A stretch of DNA of 64,000 bases from a virus, in the IMG/VR virus record IMGVR_UViG_3300043446_003702, positions 64,001-128,000 of that record; one strand, 5' to 3'. Under the pieces are notes generated by a model. That model saw nothing but the letters and a program-made list of their open reading frames with translations, searched no databases and had not been told where the DNA came from. Both the position numbers and the translations under genes were made by a program. Position 1 is the stretch's first letter. Each line of letters begins with the position of its first letter. This document shows positions 28,705-39,635 of the stretch, one piece after another.

Positions 28705-31380
28705 TTATGCTTCTCTAACTATGGTCTGTGTGCGTCCAGCATTGACGTAGGGGTTGGTATTCAACGGTATTGGCGCATTGTCACTGAATGCAACTGGAGT
28801 GACTCCTGACCCTGTGGGTGCTTGTGGGTAGGTTGCTGGGCCAATATTCAAGTTGTTGTTGTTCTGCAACGACGATGGTGCGCTTGATGCTCCGACACTG
28901 TTCAAAGGTGCGGATGCTATTGGTATTGTTCCAGTGTTTGTAAATGCCGCTGAAGTTTTTATATTGTTATATAAAGTGTTATTGAAATTTGTTGCCGCTG
29001 TTGTTTCTGCTGTAGCGGGTTCTGCCGAAGGTGATTGTGCATTTTGTCTGTTCAACTGAGCATTATCTGTTGTACCTTCGTTGCTTCCAGTATTGGCTGC
29101 TGCTGATTTGCCTACAGTGTTTGTGCCATCAGGTTTGGGAAACATGTACAATGCGCCCTCAATTGTTTGTTCAAATTTTCCTTGTCTAAATTCACTCACA
29201 ACCTTCTGTGCAGAATACACTGTGCTTTGTATTGGTAGTCGATCTTTTGTATTACCACCAGCATACGGATCTGCCAGTCCAGTGTTCAAATCATAATCTT
29301 TTGGACGTTGCCATGATATTTCAAACATCACTTGCTGTGCGTCAAAATTTATGCTGCCGTCAGGTAAAAATGCCGAGTAACTGAATTCTTTAAGACTCAC
29401 CCCACCAGACATACTGCCTTGTTGAATCCAAGCAGGATCACCAACAATTCGTAAATTACATGTGCCCATATCACCAGGACTGTAAAGATACTCAGCAGCA
29501 TTGGCCTGTGCTTCAAGTGCGCGGGCTTCTTCGCCTTGTCTATCTTCTGTACTACTGGGAGCATAGGTATAAAACGGAATTTCTCGCATGCTTGCAGTTG
29601 TTGCCTCCCGTATAACTTCTGCCCCACTTTCGCTTTTTTTAGTACCAGTCACTGTGATATTATACAAACTGTTAAAACTGGCAGTAAAATCTATCACTGC
29701 TGTATTTTGTCCAGTGAACCAGTAAGGATATGCTTTGTGTATGCCGCGAAACTCAGTCAATGGAAAATATTTTGAATTAAAATTTTGTAAAGGATACGGT
29801 GTGACAAAAAATACAATATCATAAGCAAAGTCATTGCGTTTTCGATCATACTTGCCCTGGTACGCTTCCATAGAAATTTCAAACCACATCATGGGCTTTT
29901 TTGTTGCATTTGGATTGGGAGCTTCTTTGTTTGTTTTGGCATCTATCACTGTCAACTGTTGATTGTAAATGTAACTGCTTTTCCTAATGGCTTGGTCAAT
30001 GACCTGTACTAATTGCATACCAGAAGTGACTGACCATTTACGTGCCACACTGTCCATGGGGTTTGTTTCTGGAGACAACGCTTGATTGGCGTTTTGACTA
30101 GGTGCGACCCCCATTGGAGTATTACTTTGAATTACAACATTGCCTGTTAATTTCAACAACGACTCGCCAATATCAAGTTCTGGATAATCTGGGTGCTTTC
30201 CAAATTCAATAGCGTAAGTGTCAGCCACGGTATAGATGCCGTCTTTGACCAATTTTTGTTGGTATTCATTCATGGCTCCTATGACACCTTGTTTGATAGT
30301 CAATGACGAAGTGGGTGCGGTTGATGCCTTGGGCGGCGGCGGTGTTGTTGACCCAGAAATTGCTGATGGTGAGTAGTTTGGATTGCCAAATACTCCACTT
30401 AAAGAATTGCCACCAGTGGTTGTGGTTGCTCCCGGATTATCAACAGGTGCAGTTGATGACACATACTTTAAATTGTCACCTAGTAATTCACTGACTGTTT
30501 TTGCAGAAAATTCTCCATCAAAAGGTATTGTGCCACGACGTGTGCTGCCAGCCACCCATTGACCTATGGGTGCACATTCAAAGTCATATGTGACCAGCCT
30601 TGAACTCACCTGCCAATTGATGTTTGTAATAATAAATGGTATAAATTTTTCTACCACAGCATTGGGGTCAGTCAATCCTGTGTTGGGGTCAGCAGCACCA
30701 ACAGCTATCTGATTACCGTTGATGTCATACCCATACCACCGTATGACCATGAGATATGCCGCGGCAGTGTAGTTTATGGGCTCATTGTTGTTGTCTACCT
30801 GAGCTACATCTTGTACAGCTCGATATAATCTATCCAATAATGTTATATTTCCTGGTTCTACCACAGTGAATTTTAAATCAGTGACAAAATGCGGGCTTTG
30901 TGTCAGTTTGCCAGGCAAGGCATTTTCTATAGTAATAGAATCAATGTAAAAATCTTGCGGGAATGCAGGATTGCGACCATAGTCTTCCTCCCCGTCATTG
31001 ACAAAATCTGCATTGGGATCTTGGCCGCCTACTGAGCCTGATCCTTTGCCCAAAAACCCACCTTTGTTGACCGGTGCGCCACCGCTTTGAAACAACAAAA
31101 AGTATCCGTTAAGGTTCTTTTTTGATCCTCGTAAAAACGTTTGATATTGCACATTGCTCATTAGATACACACTGGCAGAATAGGTGTAACTGGCAAATCT
31201 ATCTAAAACGTTTGGTTGCGGAGTAATTTCGTCAGAGGCTGAGAGATTGCCTGACACATTGGCCTGGGTTTGCGTAGCTGTAACCGTGACCTCACCCAGT
31301 GTACGGTCATCATCGTTATTGAGATTAGCCGACTGTGGTTGGTTGTCAGGATTGGACAGTTTGGGTGGAGCATCAGCCAT
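28705..31380 (-). CDS. Baseplate hub protein (gp27-like, tentative)
   Basis: Sits between gp53-like and gp5-like genes; LRIVGDPAWI motif and C-terminal Y....V.SEF..GKFEQT. Confidence 0.5.
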   Translation of the reverse strand: MADAPPKLSNPDNQPQSANLNNDDDRTLGEVTVTATQTQANVSGNLSASDEITPQPNVLDRFASYTYSASVYLMSNVQYQTFLRGSKKNLNGYFLLFQSGGAPVNKGGFLGKGSGSVGGQDPNADFVNDGEEDYGRNPAFPQDFYIDSITIENALPGKLTQSPHFVTDLKFTVVEPGNITLLDRLYRAVQDVAQVDNNNEPINYTAAAYLMVIRWYGYDINGNQIAVGAADPNTGLTDPNAVVEKFIPFIITNINWQVSSRLVTYDFECAPIGQWVAGSTRRGTIPFDGEFSAKTVSELLGDNLKYVSSTAPVDNPGATTTTGGNSLSGVFGNPNYSPSAISGSTTPPPPKASTAPTSSLTIKQGVIGAMNEYQQKLVKDGIYTVADTYAIEFGKHPDYPELDIGESLLKLTGNVVIQSNTPMGVAPSQNANQALSPETNPMDSVARKWSVTSGMQLVQVIDQAIRKSSYIYNQQLTVIDAKTNKEAPNPNATKKPMMWFEISMEAYQGKYDRKRNDFAYDIVFFVTPYPLQNFNSKYFPLTEFRGIHKAYPYWFTGQNTAVIDFTASFNSLYNITVTGTKKSESGAEVIREATTASMREIPFYTYAPSSTEDRQGEEARALEAQANAAEYLYSPGDMGTCNLRIVGDPAWIQQGSMSGGVSLKEFSYSAFLPDGSINFDAQQVMFEISWQRPKDYDLNTGLADPYAGGNTKDRLPIQSTVYSAQKVVSEFRQGKFEQTIEGALYMFPKPDGTNTVGKSAAANTGSNEGTTDNAQLNRQNAQSPSAEPATAETTAATNFNNTLYNNIKTSAAFTNTGTIPIASAPLNSVGASSAPSSLQNNNNLNIGPATYPQAPTGSGVTPVAFSDNAPIPLNTNPYVNAGRTQTIVREA

Positions 31381-31383
31381 GTT

Positions 31384-31683
31384 TTAGAATCCCAATACAG
31401 ATTTGAGTGTGGTGATTTTGGGCAAGTAAATTTTGGTACCCACTGTGAAATCCAAAGGCGGTTTAGTAAGTGTATTGGGATTGCGTTGATAAAACACCCA
31501 CCATAGTCGAGCATCGCCGTACAAGTCATGCGCCAACAAATCAGGTCTATATTGATAAGTGATATTGATACTAAAACTCAAATCGTCACTTTCTTTGGGC
31601 AAAGGCCGGTCCACCATGACGTCAAGATAAAATTGATTGTACCCTGTGGCAAAATAAGGACTGGTTGCATCATAATTGGCCAT
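31384..31683 (-). CDS. Baseplate wedge gp53/LysM-like protein
   Basis: YQYRPDLLAHDLYGDARLWWVF..RN...DF..G.KIYLP; start set at ATG 31683 (TAATG overlap). Confidence 0.8.
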   Translation of the reverse strand: MANYDATSPYFATGYNQFYLDVMVDRPLPKESDDLSFSINITYQYRPDLLAHDLYGDARLWWVFYQRNPNTLTKPPLDFTVGTKIYLPKITTLKSVLGF

Positions 31684-33035
31684 TACCAAAACCCTCCTTT
31701 GAGCAAATTACCATTGGCAAACTCTTTGACACTGAACTGTTGGCTGACTTGGTCCCGTGTTTGTACAGGCAGCAAACTGATTTGCACTGTAATTTTGGTA
31801 GGCACATAAGTTGAATTGTCTATGTTGTTGACACTTTGACTAACAGTTAATAATTCTTGCGGAGTGTTGGGCACTGCGCCCTTGGGTAGCAAAGCATTTC
31901 TCAGTCGATTTATCACAGCAGATATAGGATTGTTACCACTCTGTGTTTTGGGCAAAGTATTGTTGAAATTTACATTGTAGTTGTTGGGTTTGGTTCTAAT
32001 GTAATCTACATCATTGGGCAAGTTATAATTAAAACTGCGAATCACGCAAGGGTGTGCGTTGAACTGGTACTGTCCCAGCCCAAACAAATACACCAATGGT
32101 GGCGGAGTGCCGCGCTGGCTATCTTTGCCGCCATAAAACATTTTTGTGGCCGAACGAAAAAAATGTATCACTGCCAAAAGATAATTAGCTTCAGCTGTAT
32201 TTTGTGCAGTAAACACCCCAGTAATGGTAATGTCTCCCACATATGAATTTTTGTAAAAATATCCGCGATAGTTAGAATGTGTCAAATCTGTTGTGTCGTA
32301 ATTGGCATTGTATGAGGTCTGTATGTCAGGCATGTATGGGAATATTACACCATCACTGTCCGCCAATGGCGCTAAAATTGACCTTTGCGTATCATCTTTG
32401 TACAGATACGTGGCGCCCGGCGCCAACTTTAATTTCACACGCCAGTCGCCATTGGCTGGAGACTGAAACTGTTCTTTAATGGCTTGTTGTTCTCGAAGTT
32501 GTATTTCTGTTGCTCGCTGCTGAGCTGCTTCAGCAGCGGCCACTGCATCTGCTGCTGCTTCTGGATTTCTAGCAGCCGCGTTGTTAAAGGCAGCGCCGCC
32601 AAATGGGCTGGTGGCGCCTGGATCTTGGGCAGCATCAACTGGTGCAGGTTGCTGAACACCAATGGCTCTGAGAACGCTCTGATTGGTGTCCGCAACAGCC
32701 ACTTCACCCGGCGTTGATATTGTAATCTGGCCTTCGTTCGCTGTTGGGACTGCGGCGGCTGAACTAGGCACAGCAGGAGGTTGAAACACAGTGGGCGCAG
32801 CAGTATCTACAGGTGCGGCCACAGGCACTGCGGGATCAGGCGGATTGCTTTGCTGGGTGAAAGATGAAATTTCTTGTTGAACAACCACAAGATCATTTAG
32901 AGCCTGACTGCGTTGAATGATCAACGCTTGCTGTTGTTGTGGCGGCGTGTCAGCTGCTGATATCTGTTGTGTGAGCCGTGCAATCTGTTGTTCTAACAGT
33001 GCTGCCTGTGCCTGTAACTGAGCCGGTGTTGCCAT
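31683..33035 (-). CDS. Tail-tube initiator/baseplate junction protein (gp48/gp54-like, tentative)
   Basis: C-terminal GVIFPY.P.I..SY.ANY....LTHSNY...TGVFTAQN...GTPPPLVYL.G.G tube-like domain; N-terminus is low-complexity Ala/Pro/Gln. Confidence 0.55.
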   Translation of the reverse strand: MATPAQLQAQAALLEQQIARLTQQISAADTPPQQQQALIIQRSQALNDLVVVQQEISSFTQQSNPPDPAVPVAAPVDTAAPTVFQPPAVPSSAAAVPTANEGQITISTPGEVAVADTNQSVLRAIGVQQPAPVDAAQDPGATSPFGGAAFNNAAARNPEAAADAVAAAEAAQQRATEIQLREQQAIKEQFQSPANGDWRVKLKLAPGATYLYKDDTQRSILAPLADSDGVIFPYMPDIQTSYNANYDTTDLTHSNYRGYFYKNSYVGDITITGVFTAQNTAEANYLLAVIHFFRSATKMFYGGKDSQRGTPPPLVYLFGLGQYQFNAHPCVIRSFNYNLPNDVDYIRTKPNNYNVNFNNTLPKTQSGNNPISAVINRLRNALLPKGAVPNTPQELLTVSQSVNNIDNSTYVPTKITVQISLLPVQTRDQVSQQFSVKEFANGNLLKGGFW

Positions 33036-33052
33036 TTTATGTTCCTATCTCT

Positions 33053-33060
33053 TATTTACC
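33053..33060 (-). promoter_or_regulatory. Late-promoter-like GGTAAATA heading the baseplate operon
   Basis: TAAATA core upstream of an AGGA RBS and the ATG at 33035. Confidence 0.6.
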
Positions 33061-33090
33061 CAAATCAAAAACCACACACTTAAAGAAAGG

Positions 33091-33118
33091 TTGACAATTG
33101 TTGTAAATGTGCTACAAT
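33091..33118 (+). promoter_or_regulatory. Sigma70-type promoter for gp55
   Basis: TTGACA (33091-33096), 16-nt spacer, TGn-extended TACAAT (33113-33118). Confidence 0.75.
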
Positions 33119-33145
33119 AAGTACATATCTGGAGAACCCCTGCCG

Positions 33146-34042
33146 ATGACTTTAATCGCAAAACCCGCACCCAAGGTCAACTACCTTAACAACCGTGACA
33201 TCTTGAAGGAAATACATCTCAGCAAAAACACCTACTGTGCATTTAGAGATCCTGTGACTGATCATCAGTTTGACATGATCCTACCCAGTGTGAGCAAAAT
33301 CAATCAAAAGACCATTGCCGAAGCACGCCGCAATCGTGCTGACCGTCACAAACGTGAAACAGGTGTAGTGATTGACCCTAAAAAAATACCCAATACCGAA
33401 GTGGTTTTTCGTATCATGACCTGGGAACACATACCCCGAGCGCCCAAGAAAGTGCCTAAAACTGCACCCAAAAAGAAACGGATTGAGGACATCTTGGACC
33501 TTGATGATGTTACGGAAGACCCCTTGGCAGACTTGATTGACGATGTTGTGCTGGATCCCACACACATGCGAGTGAACTTTCCTCCGTTCTATCACTATCG
33601 TGTGGACGAAGACAAGAATCCTGTGCTGGTGGGCAAGAGCCACTGGCGGGGTGACTTAGACACCGGCGAATTCTGCAAGGACCACGGCAACATGACACGC
33701 AAGTTGGCCATGATGTTTTTGAAACTGTGCGAACGCTATGCCACTAGATCCAACTGGAGAGGCTACACCTACAATGAAGAAATGCGCGGACAAGCCCTGT
33801 TACAACTCAGTCAAATCGGACTGCAATTCGACGAATCAAAATCGCAGAATCCTTTTGCGTATTACACTGCTGCTATCACCAATAGTTTTACTCGCATCTT
33901 GAACATTGAAAAGAAAAATCAAAACATTCGTGATGACATTTTGGAAATGAACGGGCTCAATCCATCTTGGACACGTCAGAACTCTGGTAAAGCCAGCATG
34001 GAAGCCATGAGTGGTCCAGTTGTGACAACCTATGAAGAATGA
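33146..34042 (+). CDS. gp55: Late-transcription sigma factor, T4 gp55-like
   Basis: NYLNN...LCERYATRSNWRGYTYNEEM...FDESKSQNPFAYYT...NSF.RIL..EKKNQ; start moved to ATG 33146 behind GGAG and the sigma70 promoter. Confidence 0.85.
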   Translation: MTLIAKPAPKVNYLNNRDILKEIHLSKNTYCAFRDPVTDHQFDMILPSVSKINQKTIAEARRNRADRHKRETGVVIDPKKIPNTEVVFRIMTWEHIPRAPKKVPKTAPKKKRIEDILDLDDVTEDPLADLIDDVVLDPTHMRVNFPPFYHYRVDEDKNPVLVGKSHWRGDLDTGEFCKDHGNMTRKLAMMFLKLCERYATRSNWRGYTYNEEMRGQALLQLSQIGLQFDESKSQNPFAYYTAAITNSFTRILNIEKKNQNIRDDILEMNGLNPSWTRQNSGKASMEAMSGPVVTTYEE

Positions 34043-34929
34043 GTGGCACTGTTCCCATTGTGTACAATGCCGGGGCATACGGCACCTATGTTGAATGGTG
34101 TTTGACCACACTGTGTTCTAATCAAACCATAATTACACCATTCAATGCCAATGGCAACAGCCATGGATTCACCGGCAACTTCCTGTCAGGGCTGCAAGGT
34201 TGGCAACAGTACAAGGTCAATCGACCCCGGCACCAATTTGTCAGGCTTCACCCCAAAAATCTGGCCTCAGAATCTCTGTCTGCCAATTTGACTGAAATAT
34301 TACAGTCGGCGCCGGGCATGGTTTATCTGTATCCTGACCATGATCACATGCTGTTGGTGCTGAACAACTATTTGTCAAAGTGCCATGATGACTGGTGGCT
34401 TAAAAACTTTGCCGAGGACATTGATCAGTCAAAAATTTATTCAAACTGGCAAGTTGGCAACAAGAGCATTTCAGAAATTCCTTTGTGGGTGCGCAGAGAA
34501 TTTTTGAGTTTTTATCTCATGCCAGCCTGGCATGATCAAATTGAGTGGTATCATTTAGATACCTGGATGCATCCACGCTCACACAACATACTGATCAAAG
34601 ATTTGCTGTTTGATTTTGAGCGTGTCATGCGCCAATTACAACAGGCATTTGGTTTTAAGTTCGCAAGGCCAATTCAAGATTTGCTGCCCTATCATGAAAA
34701 AAACCTAGCATTGCAAGTGCATCAAACACAAGATCAGCTGTGTCAAAACATTGTTGACTCTGTGGTGCATGGCATTGATTTTGATTGGAGCAATCAACCA
34801 CTGCCCTTGGCCAGCGAGGCCTATGTTCAGTGGCAACTGAGAAATTTAGGTTATGAAATTCGATGCCATGAACTTGACAAGTTCCCCACTGATAGTGTAC
34901 ACTTGAAGGAACTACTCTATACCATATGA
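34039..34929 (+). CDS. Hypothetical protein, possibly sulfotransferase/P-loop-like
   Basis: N-terminal IVYNAGAYGTYVEWCL Gly-rich loop, GNSH and later HP motifs; ATGA overlaps on both sides. Confidence 0.45.
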   Translation: MSGTVPIVYNAGAYGTYVEWCLTTLCSNQTIITPFNANGNSHGFTGNFLSGLQGWQQYKVNRPRHQFVRLHPKNLASESLSANLTEILQSAPGMVYLYPDHDHMLLVLNNYLSKCHDDWWLKNFAEDIDQSKIYSNWQVGNKSISEIPLWVRREFLSFYLMPAWHDQIEWYHLDTWMHPRSHNILIKDLLFDFERVMRQLQQAFGFKFARPIQDLLPYHEKNLALQVHQTQDQLCQNIVDSVVHGIDFDWSNQPLPLASEAYVQWQLRNLGYEIRCHELDKFPTDSVHLKELLYTI

Positions 34930-35939
34930 ATCTATTTCGCAAAGCCGCAGTCTTCACAGACATACATTTTGGATTGAAGTCCAACAGCCAAACACACAAT
35001 GATGATTGTCTAGCATTTGTCAAATGGGCCACTGCCAAGGCCCGGGAACAAGGTTGCGAAACATGTTTGTTCCTGGGTGACTGGCACAACAATCGTGCCA
35101 GCTTAAATATTGTTACCCTGAACTTTAGTTTACAGGCCTTGGAGCATATGAATGACAATTTTGATCAGGTATATTTTATTCCTGGCAATCACGATCTTTA
35201 TTATCGAGACAAGCGCGATATACAAAGTGTGGAGTGGGCCAAACACCTACCGAACGTTGTTATATGTAATGATTGGTTCAGCAGTGGTGACGTTGTTATT
35301 GCCCCTTGGTTGTGTGGCGACGATCACAAGCGTATTCCAAAACTAACTGGTCGGTACATGTTTGGGCATTTTGAATTGCCCGGTTACTACATGAATGCCA
35401 TGGTGCAGATGCCAGATCATGGCACCATACAGCGTTCAGACTTCCAGGCCTTTGATCATGTGTTCACCGGACACTTTCACAAACGTCAAACTGCCAACAA
35501 CATCACCTACATTGGCAACTGCTTTCCACACAACTATGCCGACGCTGGAGATGACGAACGTGGCATGATGATCTTGGAATGGGGGCAGGAGCCCACGTAT
35601 CATGCCTGGCCTGATCAGCCCCGATATCGTGTGTATGGCCTGGCCAATCTCATTGACAATGCTGCCACACTGCTGGCTCCCAAAATGCATGTGCGTGTGA
35701 ACCTAGACATTGAAATCTCATACGAAGAAGCCAACTTTATCAAAGAAACATTTATCCGAGATTATGGTCTGCGTGAAATGGCGTTGATTCCTAACAAAAC
35801 TTCCGGTGTAGATGTAGACCTTGCGCCTGGCAATGTCAAATTTGAGTCAGTGGATCAAATTGTCACAGACCAACTCACCAACATTGAATCAGAATTCTAT
35901 GACAACAAACTGTTATTGCAGATATATCAAAATTTATGA
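34926..35939 (+). CDS. gp47: Recombination endonuclease subunit (SbcD/Mre11), gp47
   Basis: Metallophosphoesterase motifs DIHFG, GDWH, GNHD, GHFE, GHFH. Confidence 0.92.
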   Translation: MNLFRKAAVFTDIHFGLKSNSQTHNDDCLAFVKWATAKAREQGCETCLFLGDWHNNRASLNIVTLNFSLQALEHMNDNFDQVYFIPGNHDLYYRDKRDIQSVEWAKHLPNVVICNDWFSSGDVVIAPWLCGDDHKRIPKLTGRYMFGHFELPGYYMNAMVQMPDHGTIQRSDFQAFDHVFTGHFHKRQTANNITYIGNCFPHNYADAGDDERGMMILEWGQEPTYHAWPDQPRYRVYGLANLIDNAATLLAPKMHVRVNLDIEISYEEANFIKETFIRDYGLREMALIPNKTSGVDVDLAPGNVKFESVDQIVTDQLTNIESEFYDNKLLLQIYQNL

Positions 35940-37699
35940 TTCAAATTAAAAATCTTTCTGTTCGAAATTTCATGAGTGTGGGCAATGCCACACAGGGCAT
36001 TGACTTTGACCGTCAAGACCTTACCTTGGTCTTGGGTGAGAATCTAGACCTAGGCGGTGATGGATCACGCAACGGCACAGGCAAGACCACAATCATCAAC
36101 GCCTTGAGTTATGCTCTATATGGGCAAGCATTGTCAAACATTCGCAAAGACAATCTTGTAAACAAAACCAACAGCAAAGGCATGTTGGTAAGTTTGGATT
36201 TCAGTGTCAATGGTAAAAACTACAGAATTGAACGTGGACGCAAGCCCAATGTGTTGCGCTTCTATGTGGACAGTGAAGAACAAAGTGCCAGTGATGATGC
36301 ACAAGGTGACAGCCGAGAAACACAGGATGCCATAGAACGTGTCATGGGCATGAGTCATGACATGTTTCAACACGTTGTGGCCTTGAACACCTACACCTTG
36401 CCGTTTCTCAGTTTGAAAGCCAATGAACAACGCACCATAATTGAACAGTTGCTGGGTATCACACTGCTGAGTGAACGTGCCGATCGTATCAAAGAACTCA
36501 ACAAGGTTACCAAGGATGCCATCACCACAGAAGAATTTAGAATACGTGCTGTGCAAGAAGCCAACCGGCGCATTGAAGAACAGATAGAAAGTCTGCGTAA
36601 GCGACAACGACTTTGGACAGCCAAGCGTGATGAAGATGTTGAAAAACTTGGTCAAGCCATTGCGGACTTAGAACACATTGACATCGACGCCGAAGTGCAG
36701 GCGCACAGAGATTTAGAAACGTTCCATGTCAAACGCAAAGCCATAGATGAAGCCAATCATTGGCTAAGACAGATTGCTGCTGATGATGTCAAACAAAACA
36801 AATTGATAGAAAAACTAAAAAAAGAAATTGAAGCACTAGACAATCATCAGTGCTATGCCTGTGGACAAGATTTACACGACACCAAGCAAGATGAGATACG
36901 TGCCAGCAAGCAGGTCACGCTACAGGAAACTGCACTTCAACTATTGGCCAATGACACGCAACGCCAGGAACATCAAAACACATTGAGTGAACTAGGCGAG
37001 TTAGGCACAGCCCCCACTGTGTTTTACGACAGCCTCGAACAGGCACTGAATCATCGCAACACTGTGGAAACACTGCGCAAGGACTTGACCAGCAGAGCCA
37101 ATGACACTGATCCCTACGCTGAACAGATTGCAGACATGCAAAATCAAGCTCTGCAGTCAGTGGCATATGATGAATTAAACCGTCTCACAAGACTGCAGGA
37201 CCATCAAGAGTTCTTGCTCAAACTACTCACAAGCAAAGATTCGTTTGTACGCAAAAAGATCATTGATCAGAATTTGAGTTACCTCAATGCCAGACTCACA
37301 CACTATTTGGATCGCATTGGATTGCCACATACTGTGAAGTTCCAAAATGACTTGAGTGTAAGCATTGAAGAACTGGGCCGTGAACTGGACTTTGATAACC
37401 TCAGTCGTGGCGAACGCAATCGACTGATACTGAGCATGTCATGGGCATTCCGTGATGTATGGGAAAGTCTGTACAGCCCTATCAATATACTATTCATTGA
37501 TGAAATGATTGACTCAGGCTTGGACACACAGGGTGTGGAAAATGCCTTGGCCTTGCTGAAGAAGATGACTCGTGAACGCAACAAATCAATTTGGCTTGTG
37601 AGTCACCGAGACGAACTCACCAGTCGTGTGGAAAACATACTGAAGGTTGTCAAAGAAAACGGTTTTACCAGTTATAGCACAGATGTTGATATAAAATGA
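35936..37699 (+). CDS. gp46: Recombination ATPase subunit (SbcC/Rad50), gp46
   Basis: Walker A NGTGKTT, coiled coil with zinc-hook CYAC, signature LSRGE, Walker B LFIDE, VSH. Confidence 0.93.
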   Translation: MIQIKNLSVRNFMSVGNATQGIDFDRQDLTLVLGENLDLGGDGSRNGTGKTTIINALSYALYGQALSNIRKDNLVNKTNSKGMLVSLDFSVNGKNYRIERGRKPNVLRFYVDSEEQSASDDAQGDSRETQDAIERVMGMSHDMFQHVVALNTYTLPFLSLKANEQRTIIEQLLGITLLSERADRIKELNKVTKDAITTEEFRIRAVQEANRRIEEQIESLRKRQRLWTAKRDEDVEKLGQAIADLEHIDIDAEVQAHRDLETFHVKRKAIDEANHWLRQIAADDVKQNKLIEKLKKEIEALDNHQCYACGQDLHDTKQDEIRASKQVTLQETALQLLANDTQRQEHQNTLSELGELGTAPTVFYDSLEQALNHRNTVETLRKDLTSRANDTDPYAEQIADMQNQALQSVAYDELNRLTRLQDHQEFLLKLLTSKDSFVRKKIIDQNLSYLNARLTHYLDRIGLPHTVKFQNDLSVSIEELGRELDFDNLSRGERNRLILSMSWAFRDVWESLYSPINILFIDEMIDSGLDTQGVENALALLKKMTRERNKSIWLVSHRDELTSRVENILKVVKENGFTSYSTDVDIK

Positions 37700-38106
37700 A
37701 TTGCGTTGAGATTGCCAGTTTGACCAATTTGGAATATGTCAAAATCAGCATTAATCAACAGATTGTGCTAGAAACACACAATTGCAAAACATTGAACTGT
37801 AAGATAGTTACATTGCCAGCAACAGTCAATGTAGAATTTCGACCATTAAAAATTCGACCCATAGTAAGATATAACAATTTTATGTTGAATTATTGGTTGG
37901 CTGGCATACAGTTATTTGATCACCAACTTGAATTTACCATTACAGAAACGTTTTTTCAAGACTACAAGAATAAAAATATACAAGGACGGATTGACTCTCT
38001 CACTGAGTCTCAAAAAAAACTAGATCACTATTGGGATAAATATGTTGGCATTGACAATTTACACCCAGAAATAGTTCAAAAAATCAAAAGTCTTATCAGC
38101 AAATGA
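37696..38106 (+). CDS. Hypothetical protein, first gene of the radical SAM/PLP cassette
   Basis: 136-aa ORF with ATGA overlaps on both sides. Confidence 0.7.
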   Translation: MNCVEIASLTNLEYVKISINQQIVLETHNCKTLNCKIVTLPATVNVEFRPLKIRPIVRYNNFMLNYWLAGIQLFDHQLEFTITETFFQDYKNKNIQGRIDSLTESQKKLDHYWDKYVGIDNLHPEIVQKIKSLISK

Positions 38107-39635
38107 AAAATGTTGTATTTGTCGCCTTGCCCAAAATAGAAATAACATATCCTTCGGGAGCTATTGCTATTTTGTCAAGTGTGGCCAAAGCAAACCATTA
38201 TGAATCTGTTGTCTATGATTATAATTTAGATTTACATACATTGTTAACTGCCACAGAGTGGAATGAACTAGAACTGTGGAATACATTTGCGACATCTAGT
38301 ATTTCTACAGAACTTGAACACAAAATACATCAAATTTTTATAACAAATTTAAAAAAATGTATAAACCCACAGACAGAATACGTTTGTTTTTGTGTGTTCA
38401 GCTATTTTAGCAATCAGATTGCTCTTAAAGTTCTTAATTGGTACAAACACTTCAGCAACATACCTTCAATAGTAGGTGGCGCAGGAATATCAACTGATGC
38501 TAGTGCCACTAATAAAGAAATTTTTGGTAATCTATTGGTGCGTAACCAATTAGCCACTTATGTTGTTTTTGGCGAAGGCGAACTGTCATTTGACAGTATA
38601 CTAAAAAAACAATTTGACTTTCCAGGAATTAATGTGAACAATCCTCAACAGATTGAAGACCTCAGTGTATTACCTATTCCCACCTATGAGTACTTTGATA
38701 TGGCAAGATATCAAAATCAAAAAATATTGATCACAGGCAGCCGGGGTTGTGTAAGAAACTGCACCTTTTGTGACATTGAGTTGACTTGGCCAAAATTTAG
38801 ATATCGAAAAGCTGAACACATAGTTGAGGAAATAAAACAACATTTTTACGAGTACGGCATTACTGAATTTGAATTTACCGACAGCTTGATCAATGGCAGT
38901 ATGAGCAATTTCAATCGTTTTAATGAATTGTTGTACGAAGCAAAACAAAAAGATCCTGCATTGGAAACAATCAAATATCAAGGACAATTTATCTGTAGAC
39001 CCAGTGGATCTAACCAAGACAAGTCTTATGAACTCATGCACCTTGCAGGCTGTAATATGTTGATCACTGGCATTGAAAGTTTTAGTGAGAATGTTCGCAA
39101 TCACATGCGTAAAAAATTCAACAACAGCGATATTGATTACCACTTTGAACAATGCGCACGTTGGGGGATCCCCAACGTGCTTTTGATGATTGTTGGATAT
39201 CCAACTGAAACTGAACAAGATCACCTAGACAATATCAATGCCTTAAAAAAATACAAACCATTTGTGGACATGGGGACAATTTTTATGGTGCGTTGGGGAT
39301 TGACCATGCATCTTTACGAGCATACTCCCATCATGAACATGGTTAATGAATTAGGTATTAATTTCAGCAACGATATAAAATTTGACAGCGTTTACAGTTG
39401 GACGTCGGACAAAAATCCAACAAACACCTTGCAAGAACGCATACGTCGAAGATTAGAAATACACGAACTGTGTGTGGAATTGGGTTACCCTATGCCAAGA
39501 GTGTTGGAAGAATTACTGGTGTTGGTTAATTTGGCGGAAAAAAGTCGGGAACTAAAGAAAAAAACAATTTTTACACTAGAATTAGAGACACCATCTAGTG
39601 TGCCTGCTAATTTTAAAACAAACGCATATACCTAA
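38103..39635 (+). CDS. B12-binding radical SAM enzyme
   Basis: GSRGCVRNCTFC (CX3CX2C); N-terminal cobalamin-binding-type domain (IVGG, GEGE); DSLING, GIES, IVGYPTET. Confidence 0.88.
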   Translation: MKNVVFVALPKIEITYPSGAIAILSSVAKANHYESVVYDYNLDLHTLLTATEWNELELWNTFATSSISTELEHKIHQIFITNLKKCINPQTEYVCFCVFSYFSNQIALKVLNWYKHFSNIPSIVGGAGISTDASATNKEIFGNLLVRNQLATYVVFGEGELSFDSILKKQFDFPGINVNNPQQIEDLSVLPIPTYEYFDMARYQNQKILITGSRGCVRNCTFCDIELTWPKFRYRKAEHIVEEIKQHFYEYGITEFEFTDSLINGSMSNFNRFNELLYEAKQKDPALETIKYQGQFICRPSGSNQDKSYELMHLAGCNMLITGIESFSENVRNHMRKKFNNSDIDYHFEQCARWGIPNVLLMIVGYPTETEQDHLDNINALKKYKPFVDMGTIFMVRWGLTMHLYEHTPIMNMVNELGINFSNDIKFDSVYSWTSDKNPTNTLQERIRRRLEIHELCVELGYPMPRVLEELLVLVNLAEKSRELKKKTIFTLELETPSSVPANFKTNAYT

